Made by a program: the position numbers and the translations under genes. The notes under the pieces were generated by a model. The model made no database searches and was not told where the DNA came from. It was given only the letters and a program-made list of their open reading frames with translations. From Saprospiraceae bacterium (lineage in GTDB: Bacteria > Bacteroidota > Bacteroidia > Chitinophagales > Saprospiraceae), in assembly GCA_034520175.1 (NCBI GenBank), contig JAXHNU010000028.1:74252-138251 (forward strand): a stretch of 64,000 bases of DNA, in the 5' to 3' direction. Shown piece after piece: positions 19,136 to 27,632 of this stretch; positions within the stretch are counted from its first letter, which is position 1, and the number at the start of each line of letters is the position of its first letter.

Positions 19136-19513
19136 ATGAATAGCGAACAAGACAACACGTGCATCAGATTACTCGCCGACCCCATACAAATACGGGCTTG
19201 TAAGGAAAAACTAAAAAATGCCGATGTGTCCTTTACAAACCTTGCCCAAGTATTGAGTTTGGCAGGCAACGAAGTGCGATTGAAGATTTTGTACCTACTT
19301 GACCAAGAGGGCGAATTGTGTCCTTGCGATTTGTCAGACATTTTAGGTATGACAATTCCCGCCGTTTCGCAACATTTACGCAAGTTGAAAGACGTAAATC
19401 TGATACAATTTCGCCGAGAAGGGCAAACGATTTTTTACGCGCCCAAAAGCACTCATTCAGACATCATTCAACCCTTATTTCATCACATTCAAGAGAAAGA
19501 ATTTGCCGTATGA
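19136..19513 (+). CDS. ArsR/SmtB family metalloregulator of the mer cassette
   Basis: Winged-HTH LAGNEVRLKILYLL...CPCDLSDILGMTIPAVSQHLRKLK. The ATG at 19136 is preferred over the GTG at 19109. Its stop overlaps the merTP start (ATGA). Confidence 0.85.
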   Translation: MNSEQDNTCIRLLADPIQIRACKEKLKNADVSFTNLAQVLSLAGNEVRLKILYLLDQEGELCPCDLSDILGMTIPAVSQHLRKLKDVNLIQFRREGQTIFYAPKSTHSDIIQPLFHHIQEKEFAV

Positions 19514-20109
19514 AACTGAATTTTTCATTACCCAATTTAGGCATTTTGACGGCTTTTGCCTCTTCGCTTTGCTGTATAATGCCCGTTTTAGCTATTGTCG
19601 CAGGGACAAGCGGCTTGGCTTCCACCTTTTCGTGGCTCGAACCCGCAAGACCTTTTTTTATCGGGGCAACAGTTTTGGTATTAGGTTTTGCGTGGTATCA
19701 ACAACTCAAACCGAAGCCGATTGATGACTGCGGTTGCCACATTGAGCAAAAAACGCCCTTTATGCAAACCAAGGCTTTTTTAAGCGGCATCACAATCGTT
19801 TCAGCCTTGTTGCTGTCGTTTCCGAGTTACGCGCACGTCTTTTTTCCAAAATCGGAAAGCCAAACCGTTGTGAATACATCAGCCGCCGTAGAAAAAGTGG
19901 AGTTCAAAATTGATGGCATGACCTGCGAAAGCTGCGAACACCACGTGGCAAGTGAAGTAACAAAATTGACGGGCATTTTTGGGGCAACGATTTCTTATCC
20001 CAATGGCAATGCCGTTATCACGTATGATAAAAACCAAACAAACCTCGATTCTATCACAACCGCTATTAATTCAACGGGTTACACAGTAACCAAAACCACA
20101 ATACAATGA
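19510..20109 (+). CDS. merTP: mercuric transport protein MerTP (MerT-like membrane domain fused to a MerP/HMA domain)
   Basis: 200 aa. TM1 has the vicinal cysteines SSLCCIMPV, and the C-terminal HMA domain has GMTCESCEHHV. The track ORF 19318-20109 is an artefactual 5' extension. Confidence 0.8.
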   Translation: MKLNFSLPNLGILTAFASSLCCIMPVLAIVAGTSGLASTFSWLEPARPFFIGATVLVLGFAWYQQLKPKPIDDCGCHIEQKTPFMQTKAFLSGITIVSALLLSFPSYAHVFFPKSESQTVVNTSAAVEKVEFKIDGMTCESCEHHVASEVTKLTGIFGATISYPNGNAVITYDKNQTNLDSITTAINSTGYTVTKTTIQ

Positions 20110-20324
20110 CATCATCTAAAATTATTTTACAATCAACAATCACCTGTCCGCATTGTGCTTTTAAAAAAGAGGAAACAATGCCAACCGATGCTTGCCAATA
20201 CTTTTATGAATGTGAAAACTGCAAGAAAGTATTGAAACCCCATCAAGGTGACTGCTGCGTTTATTGCAGTTTCGGAACGGTCAAATGTCCGCCCATACAG
20301 GAGAATAAATCGTGTTGTGCGTGA
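20106..20324 (+). CDS. GDCCVxC domain protein (Cys form)
   Basis: 72 aa, Cys-rich, with CPHC...CENC...QGDCCVYCSFG. It is translationally coupled to merTP (ATGA overlap). Confidence 0.75.
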   Translation: MTSSKIILQSTITCPHCAFKKEETMPTDACQYFYECENCKKVLKPHQGDCCVYCSFGTVKCPPIQENKSCCA

Positions 20325-20331
20325 GTAGCAC

Positions 20332-20375
20332 AAAATACTGAGGGGGTAGCCAAGCAACACGCTGGGCTGCCTTTT
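20332..20375 (+). repeat. same module (copy 2), identical over 44 bp to copy 1
   Basis: AAAATACTGAGGGGGTAGCCAAGCAACACGCTGGGCTGCCTTTT, 8 nt after the GDCCVxC stop. Confidence 0.85.
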
Positions 20376-20443
20376 CTTTTTTTACTCAAATTGGCTGTAA
20401 TTTAAAGGGTATTTGAAGTATTCAAAATCCAAAAGTAATGCTC

Positions 20444-20451
20444 TACATTTG
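20444..20451 (+). promoter_or_regulatory. candidate -7 box upstream of the AraC-family gene
   Basis: TACATTTG, 19 nt before the ATG at 20470. Confidence 0.4.
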
Positions 20452-20469
20452 TGGCAAATTCTATAAACA

Positions 20470-21213
20470 ATGACATATAAAGAAGTAAAAACAGAAGGCT
20501 ATTTATCGAATTTTGTAAAGTGTTTTTGGACTTCTGAGATATTAACTGAAAGTGCTGAACGTACAATTTTACCAGACGGTTATTTTGATTTGATTGTGGA
20601 GATTCGGGAGAAAAAAATTGATAAAATAAAATTGACAGGCATTTGGACTATTCCGATTGACATTCAAACAAGCACAAATGTCAAAGTTTTTGCAGTTAGA
20701 TTTAAACCACTTGCAACCGAATTATTAGAAAACGTCAATTTGAGATTACTTTTAAATTCCTCGGCAATTCTCCAAAATACTTTCATTGGCTTGGACACTT
20801 TATCTTATGACAATTTTGAAGATTTCTGCCAGCATATCGAACAGTATTTAAAAAGTAGAATTGAACAGTCTAAGACCATTACCAAGTCGAAAATTGTCTT
20901 ATTTGGCGAAATTTTTAAGAAAGAAACGTTTAATGTTAAAGAATTGTCTGAAAAATCTTTGTGGACAAGCCGCCAAATAAACAGATATTTTAATTTGTCT
21001 TACGGAATTTCATTAAAGACTTACCTAAATATCATTCGATGTAAGGCAAGTTATAAAGACATTTCAAAAAACAAACTTATTCCACAAGGTAAGCACTTTG
21101 ACCAGGCTCATTATATCAAAGAAGTAAAAAAAATTACGGGGAAAACACCACGAGCATTACAAAAAAATGAGAATGACCGATTTTTACAATTATTGACGCT
21201 CAAAAGAAAGTAA
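20470..21213 (+). CDS. AraC family transcriptional regulator
   Basis: 247 aa. C-terminal AraC-type HTH (...FDQAHYIKEVKKITGKTPRALQK). Confidence 0.8.
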   Translation: MTYKEVKTEGYLSNFVKCFWTSEILTESAERTILPDGYFDLIVEIREKKIDKIKLTGIWTIPIDIQTSTNVKVFAVRFKPLATELLENVNLRLLLNSSAILQNTFIGLDTLSYDNFEDFCQHIEQYLKSRIEQSKTITKSKIVLFGEIFKKETFNVKELSEKSLWTSRQINRYFNLSYGISLKTYLNIIRCKASYKDISKNKLIPQGKHFDQAHYIKEVKKITGKTPRALQKNENDRFLQLLTLKRK

Positions 21214-21252
21214 TTTTGCGCTTTCAAAATCAATAATTTAAAATTAAGCAAA

Positions 21253-21645
21253 ATGGTAAAATTAGGATACACAATTTTATACGTTTCAGACGTAACAAAG
21301 TCAATAGAATTTTATGAAGCCGCTTTTGGCTTTGAAAGAAAATTCATAACGCCCGAAAATGATTACGGCGAATTACTCACGGGAGAAACGACACTGTCAT
21401 TTGTTTCAAAAGAATTAGCAAGTTCCAATTTGAAAAATGGTTTCATAGAAAGCACTCAAGGAAACAAACCCTTTGGTATTGAATTGGCTTTAGTCACTGA
21501 AAATGTGGCAGGAATTATTGAGAAATCTGCCACTCTCGGAGCAATAATCGTTGAAAAACCAATACAAAAACCCTGGGGACAAACTGTTGGTTATATATGT
21601 GATATTGACGGCTTTTTACTTGAAATTTGTACGCCTATGAAATAA
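21253..21645 (+). CDS. VOC (glyoxalase/bleomycin-resistance/dioxygenase) family protein
   Basis: 130 aa. N-terminal LGYTILYVSDVTKSIEFYEAAFGF and C-terminal DIDGFLLEICTP. Confidence 0.85.
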   Translation: MVKLGYTILYVSDVTKSIEFYEAAFGFERKFITPENDYGELLTGETTLSFVSKELASSNLKNGFIESTQGNKPFGIELALVTENVAGIIEKSATLGAIIVEKPIQKPWGQTVGYICDIDGFLLEICTPMK

Positions 21646-21753
21646 TAAAATGCTAATTCAAGCATTTTCAAGCCACAATACTGAGGGGGTAGCACAACAC
21701 TATCCCTAAATGTTAAAGTGTAAAAAAAATCGAAGCCTTGTCATTTTTAATTC

Positions 21754-21770
21754 GTATGTTTGCGACATAC
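21754..21770. promoter_or_regulatory. candidate ArsR operator overlapping a TAnnTTTG box
   Basis: GTATGT-TTGCG-ACATAC (perfect 6-bp inverted repeat). TATGTTTG (21755-21762) matches the -7 consensus. It lies 19 nt upstream of arsR. Confidence 0.35.
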
Positions 21771-21788
21771 TAAATAAAACTATAAAAA

Positions 21789-22118
21789 ATGTACGCCAAA
21801 ACAATAGGATTTGATACCGATTTACAAGCACTTGCCGTAGCCGCAAAGTTGTTGGCGCACCCTGCTCGAATAGCGATTATCAAATTATTGGCAGAAAAAA
21901 AGACGTGCATTTCGGGCGATATTGCCAACGAATTGCCCCTCAGTAGGGCAACTGTTTGTCAGCATTTGCAAGAACTCAAAAACGCCGATTTGATACAAGG
22001 CGAAGTGAGTGGTTTGAATGTAAACTATTGCTTGAATGTAGAAAAATGGCAATCCGTAAAGGCTCAATTTGATAGCTTATTTGACATCACAACAAAGAAT
22101 ATTAATTGCAACTGTTAA
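21789..22118 (+). CDS. arsR: ArsR family transcriptional regulator
   Basis: 109 aa. LAHPARIAIIKLL...CISGDIANELPLSRATVCQHLQELK. Confidence 0.85.
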   Translation: MYAKTIGFDTDLQALAVAAKLLAHPARIAIIKLLAEKKTCISGDIANELPLSRATVCQHLQELKNADLIQGEVSGLNVNYCLNVEKWQSVKAQFDSLFDITTKNINCNC

Positions 22119-22130
22119 AATTTTAAAATT

Positions 22131-22898
22131 ATGAAAATTGCACTTTTTAGCGACATTCACGCCAATTTACCCGCTTTACAAGCCGTTTTAGCCGATATTG
22201 ACCGCCGAAATCCCGACTTGATTTATTGTTTGGGCGATTTGGTCGGCTATGCACCCTATCCAAACGAGGTAGTTAACGAAATTCGGAAACGTAAAATTCC
22301 GACAATTGCGGGCAATTACGATGAAGGCATTGGTCTGAAATCTGATGAATGTGGCTGCGCCTACAAAGCACCCGAAGAAAAAAGCAATGGTGCTATTTCA
22401 ATTGCTTACACCAATAATCTTGTGTTGCCCGAAGAACGCGCCTATTTGAAAAACCTGCCCCGACATTTTGCCCTTGATTTTGAGCATAATGCCGAGAAAT
22501 TTAAGTTTCTAATGGTGCATGGCAGCCCGCGCAAAATCAACGAATATCTGTTTGAAGACCGTGACGAAAAAAGCCTCATGCGCATTATGGAGTTCGGCAA
22601 CGCGGATATTATGGCTTTTGGGCATACGCACAAACCGTATCACCGAATTTTGAAAAATACTGAGGGGGGTACTTTTCGCCACGCCATCAATATTGGTTCG
22701 GTAGGCAAACCCAAAGACGGTGATAATCGGGCGTGTTATGTTATTTTGGACATCAATCCTGAAACTTCTATGAAAAATCCCGACAGCCTAAAAGTGGAAT
22801 TTGTGCGCGTTGCTTACGATTTTGAAAGCATTGCAAAGGCAATTGAGGAAAGCCCTTTACCCAATGATTTTGCGGATATGCTGCGAAAAGCGTATTGA
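22131..22898 (+). CDS. metallophosphoesterase family protein
   Basis: 255 aa. Motifs FSDIHAN, GDLVGY, GNYD, VHGSP and FGHTH. Confidence 0.85.
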   Translation: MKIALFSDIHANLPALQAVLADIDRRNPDLIYCLGDLVGYAPYPNEVVNEIRKRKIPTIAGNYDEGIGLKSDECGCAYKAPEEKSNGAISIAYTNNLVLPEERAYLKNLPRHFALDFEHNAEKFKFLMVHGSPRKINEYLFEDRDEKSLMRIMEFGNADIMAFGHTHKPYHRILKNTEGGTFRHAINIGSVGKPKDGDNRACYVILDINPETSMKNPDSLKVEFVRVAYDFESIAKAIEESPLPNDFADMLRKAY

Positions 22899-22941
22899 TA
22901 AATCACCTAACATCGGTAATTTATCATTTCATCGTTCCTAA

Positions 22942-23676
22942 ATGCTACATCAAATCATGTTAAATAAAAAACTCACAATTCTGTTGGCATTTCAATTGGC
23001 GATAAGCATCGCAGGCAATGCCCAAAACGTCAATTATTTCGGTTGGTTTCCTACGCTCGACCTCAGCGGGAAAATTGCCAATCGTTGGTCATACAATGTT
23101 TATTTGTTTGATGCCGTAAAGCCGTACAACAGTACCGAAAATGCACAAACAGACAAAGCGAGGTCATTTTATGTGTATGGCGAAACGGGATTGTCGTATC
23201 AACTTACCGACAATTTGAGCGTCACCGCCGCTTATGTGCATGAACGCCAAAACCCGTTTTTGGACAATTATCGGACTGAAAACCGCCTATTTCAGCAAAT
23301 GACGCTAAAACTGCCCGTTGGAAAGTCGGAATTGAAACAACGGCTGCGGTTCGATGAGCGGTTTGTTCAAAACAGAGCAACGGGCGCAACACCTTTCACG
23401 CACCGATTGCGCTATTTATTGGGTATCAAAAAACCGTTTGCCGACAATAAAATGTATCTGATGGCTTACAGCGAAGCATTTTTCAACTCGTCAAAATCAT
23501 TCAAATTTGATGAAAATTGGTCAGCCCTTCAACTTGGTTTTCGGCTCAACGACAAAAACAGCATCGAAGCGGGTTTGCTGTTCGTCGGTTGGATAAACAA
23601 TGCGGCAAACGATTGGCTCAACCAATATTATCTGCAAACCACTTGGGTTGCTCAACTTGATTTTCCTAAAAAATAG
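22942..23676 (+). CDS. DUF2490-like outer-membrane protein
   Basis: 244 aa with a signal peptide and alternating beta-strand-like repeats (LRFDERF..., RLRYLLG...). The family call is from memory of DUF2490 features. Confidence 0.5.
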   Translation: MLHQIMLNKKLTILLAFQLAISIAGNAQNVNYFGWFPTLDLSGKIANRWSYNVYLFDAVKPYNSTENAQTDKARSFYVYGETGLSYQLTDNLSVTAAYVHERQNPFLDNYRTENRLFQQMTLKLPVGKSELKQRLRFDERFVQNRATGATPFTHRLRYLLGIKKPFADNKMYLMAYSEAFFNSSKSFKFDENWSALQLGFRLNDKNSIEAGLLFVGWINNAANDWLNQYYLQTTWVAQLDFPKK

Positions 23677-23767
23677 ACCAACCACTGATAAAGTGTAAAA
23701 TATGATGCCTTTGGCTTCATCAAGCTGAAAGCATGACTGAGGGGGGTGAAAAAATAAAAATTCAAAA

Positions 23768-24556
23768 ATGACAAAAAGAATCATCGGAAAAGACCTAATT
23801 AGGTACTTTATCCTCATTTATTGGGTGCTTTTTTGGCTACTCAACATCATTGATAAAATGATTGGGAGCGCACACTTCCTATTTGTAGGTAAAGACAGAT
23901 TTGCTCAAATTGAACGTTTTTTTGATTCGATTGGGCTGGGTAATCCCATCGTGGCGAATATTGCCTTAATCATCACGGCGGGTTTAGAAACCTTTGCTTT
24001 TGTGTTTTTTAGCGGTGCTTTGTATCATTTTAGGAAGAAAAATACGGACGCTACCCGCTCTTGGTTTTTTGCGGGTATCGCTTTAACGCTTATCACCTAC
24101 ACCTATTTTTCGGTTGGCGACCAAGTATTTGGTGACCATTTTGAGCTTTTAGAACACGGTTTATTTTGGTTTATCGCTTTATTATCTTGGATTATTTTTA
24201 TTCGAGTGGACAAAATTCAGCTATTCGACAATTTTTCAATTGGTAAAAAACAGTTTGGGCTTGCCGCCATTTTTGTCGTTGCGCTAACGGCGGTAACAAG
24301 TTTTTCAATTTTTCAGCACAACAATACAGCGTTTGTTGAAAGAACCCAAGCCGTCAATGCCCAAAAAATAACGGAAAACAAGTATAAAATTCAGTTTCCA
24401 TTTCTGGCGGGCAGCAAGGCATTTGAAAACTCCATCGCCAAATTCAAAACGGACAATCCGACCGAAAATATCACCTATATATACACCGCACCAACGCCAT
24501 TGAGATTGGGAGAATCGGACGGACTCATTATTTACATTCAAACCGAAAAAAAATGA
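23768..24556 (+). CDS. hypothetical multi-pass membrane protein (paralog A)
   Basis: 262 aa. It shares the motifs IDKMI, VGDQVFGDHFELLEHGLFW and a C-terminal YKIQFPFL... domain with the next ORF. Confidence 0.7.
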   Translation: MTKRIIGKDLIRYFILIYWVLFWLLNIIDKMIGSAHFLFVGKDRFAQIERFFDSIGLGNPIVANIALIITAGLETFAFVFFSGALYHFRKKNTDATRSWFFAGIALTLITYTYFSVGDQVFGDHFELLEHGLFWFIALLSWIIFIRVDKIQLFDNFSIGKKQFGLAAIFVVALTAVTSFSIFQHNNTAFVERTQAVNAQKITENKYKIQFPFLAGSKAFENSIAKFKTDNPTENITYIYTAPTPLRLGESDGLIIYIQTEKK

Positions 24557-25338
24557 AAGAGAAAAAATTAATTCAATATTTAATCCTTATTCATTGGACA
24601 TTGTTTTCGGCAACGACCGTCATTGACAAAATTGTTCCAGACGTTTATCCATTGTGGGTTGGGGCGGATTTTTATACACTATTCGTAAAATTCTTTGCCT
24701 CGTTGGGGGTGACAGACCCCATTTTTGCGACGATAGCCTTAGCGGGCGTTTCATTTTTAGAAATAGTAGCATTTGTTTGTTTCGCATTTTCTTTATTCAA
24801 TCTGTACAAAAGCAAAGACAACATTGCGGAACAATGGTTTTATCGGGGTATTTCATTTTCGATACTCACATTCAGTTTGTTTTCAATCGGCGACCAAGTG
24901 TTTGGCGACCGATTTACGCTCCTCGAACACACCATATTTTGGATAATATTGGTCGTTTCTTGGGTGGTTTACAAATACAATACGCTCACCGAAGAAAGGC
25001 AGGTACAATTTTCATTGACCAATGACCTAAAAATGGGTTTGTTGGTCGGCACAATATTAACAGCCCTTACGTCTTATTCTATCGTGGATTTTTCCAAAAG
25101 CACTTTTGCCAATAAAACAAAACCCGTGCAGGGCGATGAGGTCGTTGAAGGCGTTTATAAGTTTGACCTTCCATTTTTGGGCGATAAGTTTACAATGGAG
25201 AATACGATTAAATCGTTTGAAGAAAAGCACCCAAACTTAAAAATAAAGTATGTTTATACGGGACCCGATGAGCTGAACTCTAAAAAGAAAACACATATTT
25301 TACTTTATGTTTTTACGGAAAGAAGTACTGAAAAATAA
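24553..25338 (+). CDS. hypothetical multi-pass membrane protein (paralog B)
   Basis: 261 aa. ATGA overlap with paralog A. Motifs IDKIV, IGDQVFGDRFTLLEHTIFW and YKFDLPFL. Confidence 0.7.
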   Translation: MKEKKLIQYLILIHWTLFSATTVIDKIVPDVYPLWVGADFYTLFVKFFASLGVTDPIFATIALAGVSFLEIVAFVCFAFSLFNLYKSKDNIAEQWFYRGISFSILTFSLFSIGDQVFGDRFTLLEHTIFWIILVVSWVVYKYNTLTEERQVQFSLTNDLKMGLLVGTILTALTSYSIVDFSKSTFANKTKPVQGDEVVEGVYKFDLPFLGDKFTMENTIKSFEEKHPNLKIKYVYTGPDELNSKKKTHILLYVFTERSTEK

Positions 25339-25406
25339 TGCTTTAACCTTATACTTACCTCAACTATAAGTAAGATACTGAGGGGGTACTAATTCATAAA
25401 AAAAAC

Positions 25407-26621
25407 ATGACAGCCACCGTATTGATATCCATTTGTGCCTTATTGCTTTTTGCGTATATCTTCGATATTACGTCCGCAAAAACAAAAGTGCCTTCGGTCA
25501 TCCTCCTACTTTTGTTGGGTTGGACAGCCAAACTTGCTACCCAATTTTCTGGATTGACAGTGCCAAATCTTCAATCTATATTGCCGATATTGGGCACTAC
25601 TGGCTTGATACTGATTGTATTAGAAGGCTCTTTGGAGCTGGATTTGGATAAATCCAAATTCAAACTCATAGCAAAAGCAACCGTAGTTGCTGTCGTTCCT
25701 ATGGTACTATTAGCGGTAGGAATGGCTTTTTTATTTCAATATATCGAACAAACGTCTTTCAAAATAGCTTTGGGCAATGCGCTGCCCTTAGCCATTATCA
25801 GCAGTGCTATTGCCATACCAAGCGCGCGCCATTTGCCGAAAAAAGACAAGGAATTTATCACTTATGAAAGCAGTTTGTCGGATATAGTCGGCATTATTTT
25901 ATTCAATTTCGTGACGCTAAATGACAATATAGAGGCAAATTCGGTCGGGCATTTTTTCCTCGAATTGTTTTTGATGCTTGTGGTATCGTTTGTAGCAACA
26001 TTGGGTTTGGCACTTTTGCTGAGTAAAATAAAACATCACGTCAAATTTACGCCCATTATCATTTTAATCATCTTGATTTATGCCATATCAAAACTATATC
26101 ATTTACCCGCTTTAATATTTATTCTCTTATTTGGTTTGTTTTTAGGCAATTTGGATAGGCTAAGGCATATAGAATTGATAAATGTCCTGCACCCCGAAGT
26201 TTTAGAAAGAGAAGTACACAAATTTAAAGAATTGACCGCCGAAATGACATTTTTGATACGGGCATTGTTTTTCCTTTTGTTTGGCTTTTTGATAGAAAGT
26301 GCTGAATTATTCAACGCCCAAACCATTTCATGGGCAATTTTGATAACAGTGGCTATTTTTATACTTCGATTTATCAGTTTAAAATTGATGAAATTACCAA
26401 TGCCGTTGCTCTATATTGCGCCACGCGGTTTGATAACAATTTTACTGTTTTTGAGTATTCCAGAAGCGCAACAAATGCTTTTGGTGAATAAATCGCTTAT
26501 TCTTCAAATCATTATTTTGACCGCCTTTGTCATGATGTTTGGGCTGATGAAAGGTAAAAAAGAAGTGAAAGAAACAACACAAGAGGACGATGAAACGCCT
26601 AAACCAAGCGCAATATACTGA
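25407..26621 (+). CDS. cation:proton antiporter (Na+/H+ exchanger family)
   Basis: 404 aa with about 11-12 TM helices and a CPA-like layout. Its TGA stop is inside a TACTGAGGGGG motif copy. Confidence 0.7.
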   Translation: MTATVLISICALLLFAYIFDITSAKTKVPSVILLLLLGWTAKLATQFSGLTVPNLQSILPILGTTGLILIVLEGSLELDLDKSKFKLIAKATVVAVVPMVLLAVGMAFLFQYIEQTSFKIALGNALPLAIISSAIAIPSARHLPKKDKEFITYESSLSDIVGIILFNFVTLNDNIEANSVGHFFLELFLMLVVSFVATLGLALLLSKIKHHVKFTPIIILIILIYAISKLYHLPALIFILLFGLFLGNLDRLRHIELINVLHPEVLEREVHKFKELTAEMTFLIRALFFLLFGFLIESAELFNAQTISWAILITVAIFILRFISLKLMKLPMPLLYIAPRGLITILLFLSIPEAQQMLLVNKSLILQIIILTAFVMMFGLMKGKKEVKETTQEDDETPKPSAIY

Positions 26622-26666
26622 GGGGGTAATTTTCGATTAACAATCCATTTTTATTGACAAATTTTA
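26616..26666 (+). repeat. about 52-bp direct repeat preceding the PAP2 gene
   Basis: TACTGAGGGGGTAATTTTCGATTAACAATCCATTTTTATTGACAAATTTTA. Confidence 0.85.
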
Positions 26667-26677
26667 GACATATTCGT

Positions 26678-27565
26678 ATGAAAAAGTTTAATTTTCTTTT
26701 TGTTTTAGCGAGTTTTTTCTCGTTTAATGCTTTTAGTCAAAAGGCAGCATTGCCAAAACTAAGCCCCATTAGTGGGCATTACAAGGCGTTGGCAAAGTTA
26801 AGTGGTCAGCCTAAACCCGATGCGACTGATAGAAACCAATTTCCATTGGAAATTTTATCGCCTAAAAATGCTTTAAAATTGAAATTAACCCCGCAATATT
26901 TAATATTGCCCGTGAGTGATTTCAAAATTCCTAATTTCCCTGCCAACAGTTCCGAACAAACGAAGGCAGAAATTGAGTTTTTACTGAAATTGCAAGCCGA
27001 AGTACGGACGGAAGAAAAAGTAAAAGAATCACTTGAATTTGCCAACGTCTATTACAATGTTTTTGTAGTGCCGACGGATTCTTCTTACGCCAAAATGCGG
27101 AAAAATCTGTTTCACATGGGTCGTCAATTGCCTTGGTTTTCACCCGACAAACTGCCCGTAACCGCCGCTTTTATGACCAAAGTTTGGTCAGATTGTACCT
27201 ATTATTTTTGGGCTTTGAAATTTCAATACAACCGTACTCGTCCTTATATGATTGACAGTCGTATAAAGAATTTAGAGGATACAAAATTTCAAGCCTATCC
27301 TTCGGGACACGCTTCGGCTTCTTACGTTGCTGCCTACGTTTATCAAGAGTTACTGCCCGAATCAAAGGATTTATTCCTCAAAAATGCTTTTGACATGGCG
27401 TATTCGAGAGAAATTTTAGGCGTTCATTTTCCATCGGATTCAGAAGCGGGGCGTATTTTTGCACGGCAATTTGTCAATGAATTGCTCAAAACAGAACAAT
27501 TTAGAAAAGACTTAGCGGAAGCGAAAAAAGAAATATTAAGCGTGAAAAATGCCAACAATCAGTAA
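26678..27565 (+). CDS. PAP2 superfamily phosphatase / haloperoxidase-like protein
   Basis: Signal peptide, then the PAP2 motifs YPSGHAS and SREILGVHFPSD. The ATG at 26678 (MKKFNFLF) is preferred to the upstream TTG. Confidence 0.8.
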   Translation: MKKFNFLFVLASFFSFNAFSQKAALPKLSPISGHYKALAKLSGQPKPDATDRNQFPLEILSPKNALKLKLTPQYLILPVSDFKIPNFPANSSEQTKAEIEFLLKLQAEVRTEEKVKESLEFANVYYNVFVVPTDSSYAKMRKNLFHMGRQLPWFSPDKLPVTAAFMTKVWSDCTYYFWALKFQYNRTRPYMIDSRIKNLEDTKFQAYPSGHASASYVAAYVYQELLPESKDLFLKNAFDMAYSREILGVHFPSDSEAGRIFARQFVNELLKTEQFRKDLAEAKKEILSVKNANNQ

Positions 27566-27568
27566 AAA

Positions 27569-27621
27569 TACTGAGGGGGGTAATTTTCGATTAACTATCC
27601 ATTTTTTATTAACAAATTTTA
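27569..27621 (+). repeat. about 52-bp direct repeat preceding the DUF2911 gene
   Basis: TACTGAGGGGGGTAATTTTCGATTAACTATCCATTTTTTATTAACAAATTTTA. It differs from the 26616 copy by two homopolymer indels and two substitutions. Confidence 0.85.
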
Positions 27622-27632
27622 AAATTAATTTT

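Noticed and set aside
19318-20109. 263-aa track ORF suggesting a much longer MerTP.
   Set aside because: Its first 64 codons overlap arsR in another frame. The conserved MerT N-terminus (MKLNFSLPNLG...) starts at the ATG at 19510, which overlaps the arsR stop.
20106-20324. GDCCVxC family member as a selenoprotein.
   Set aside because: This copy has TGC/TGT cysteine codons throughout the GDCCVYC motif and no in-frame TGA.
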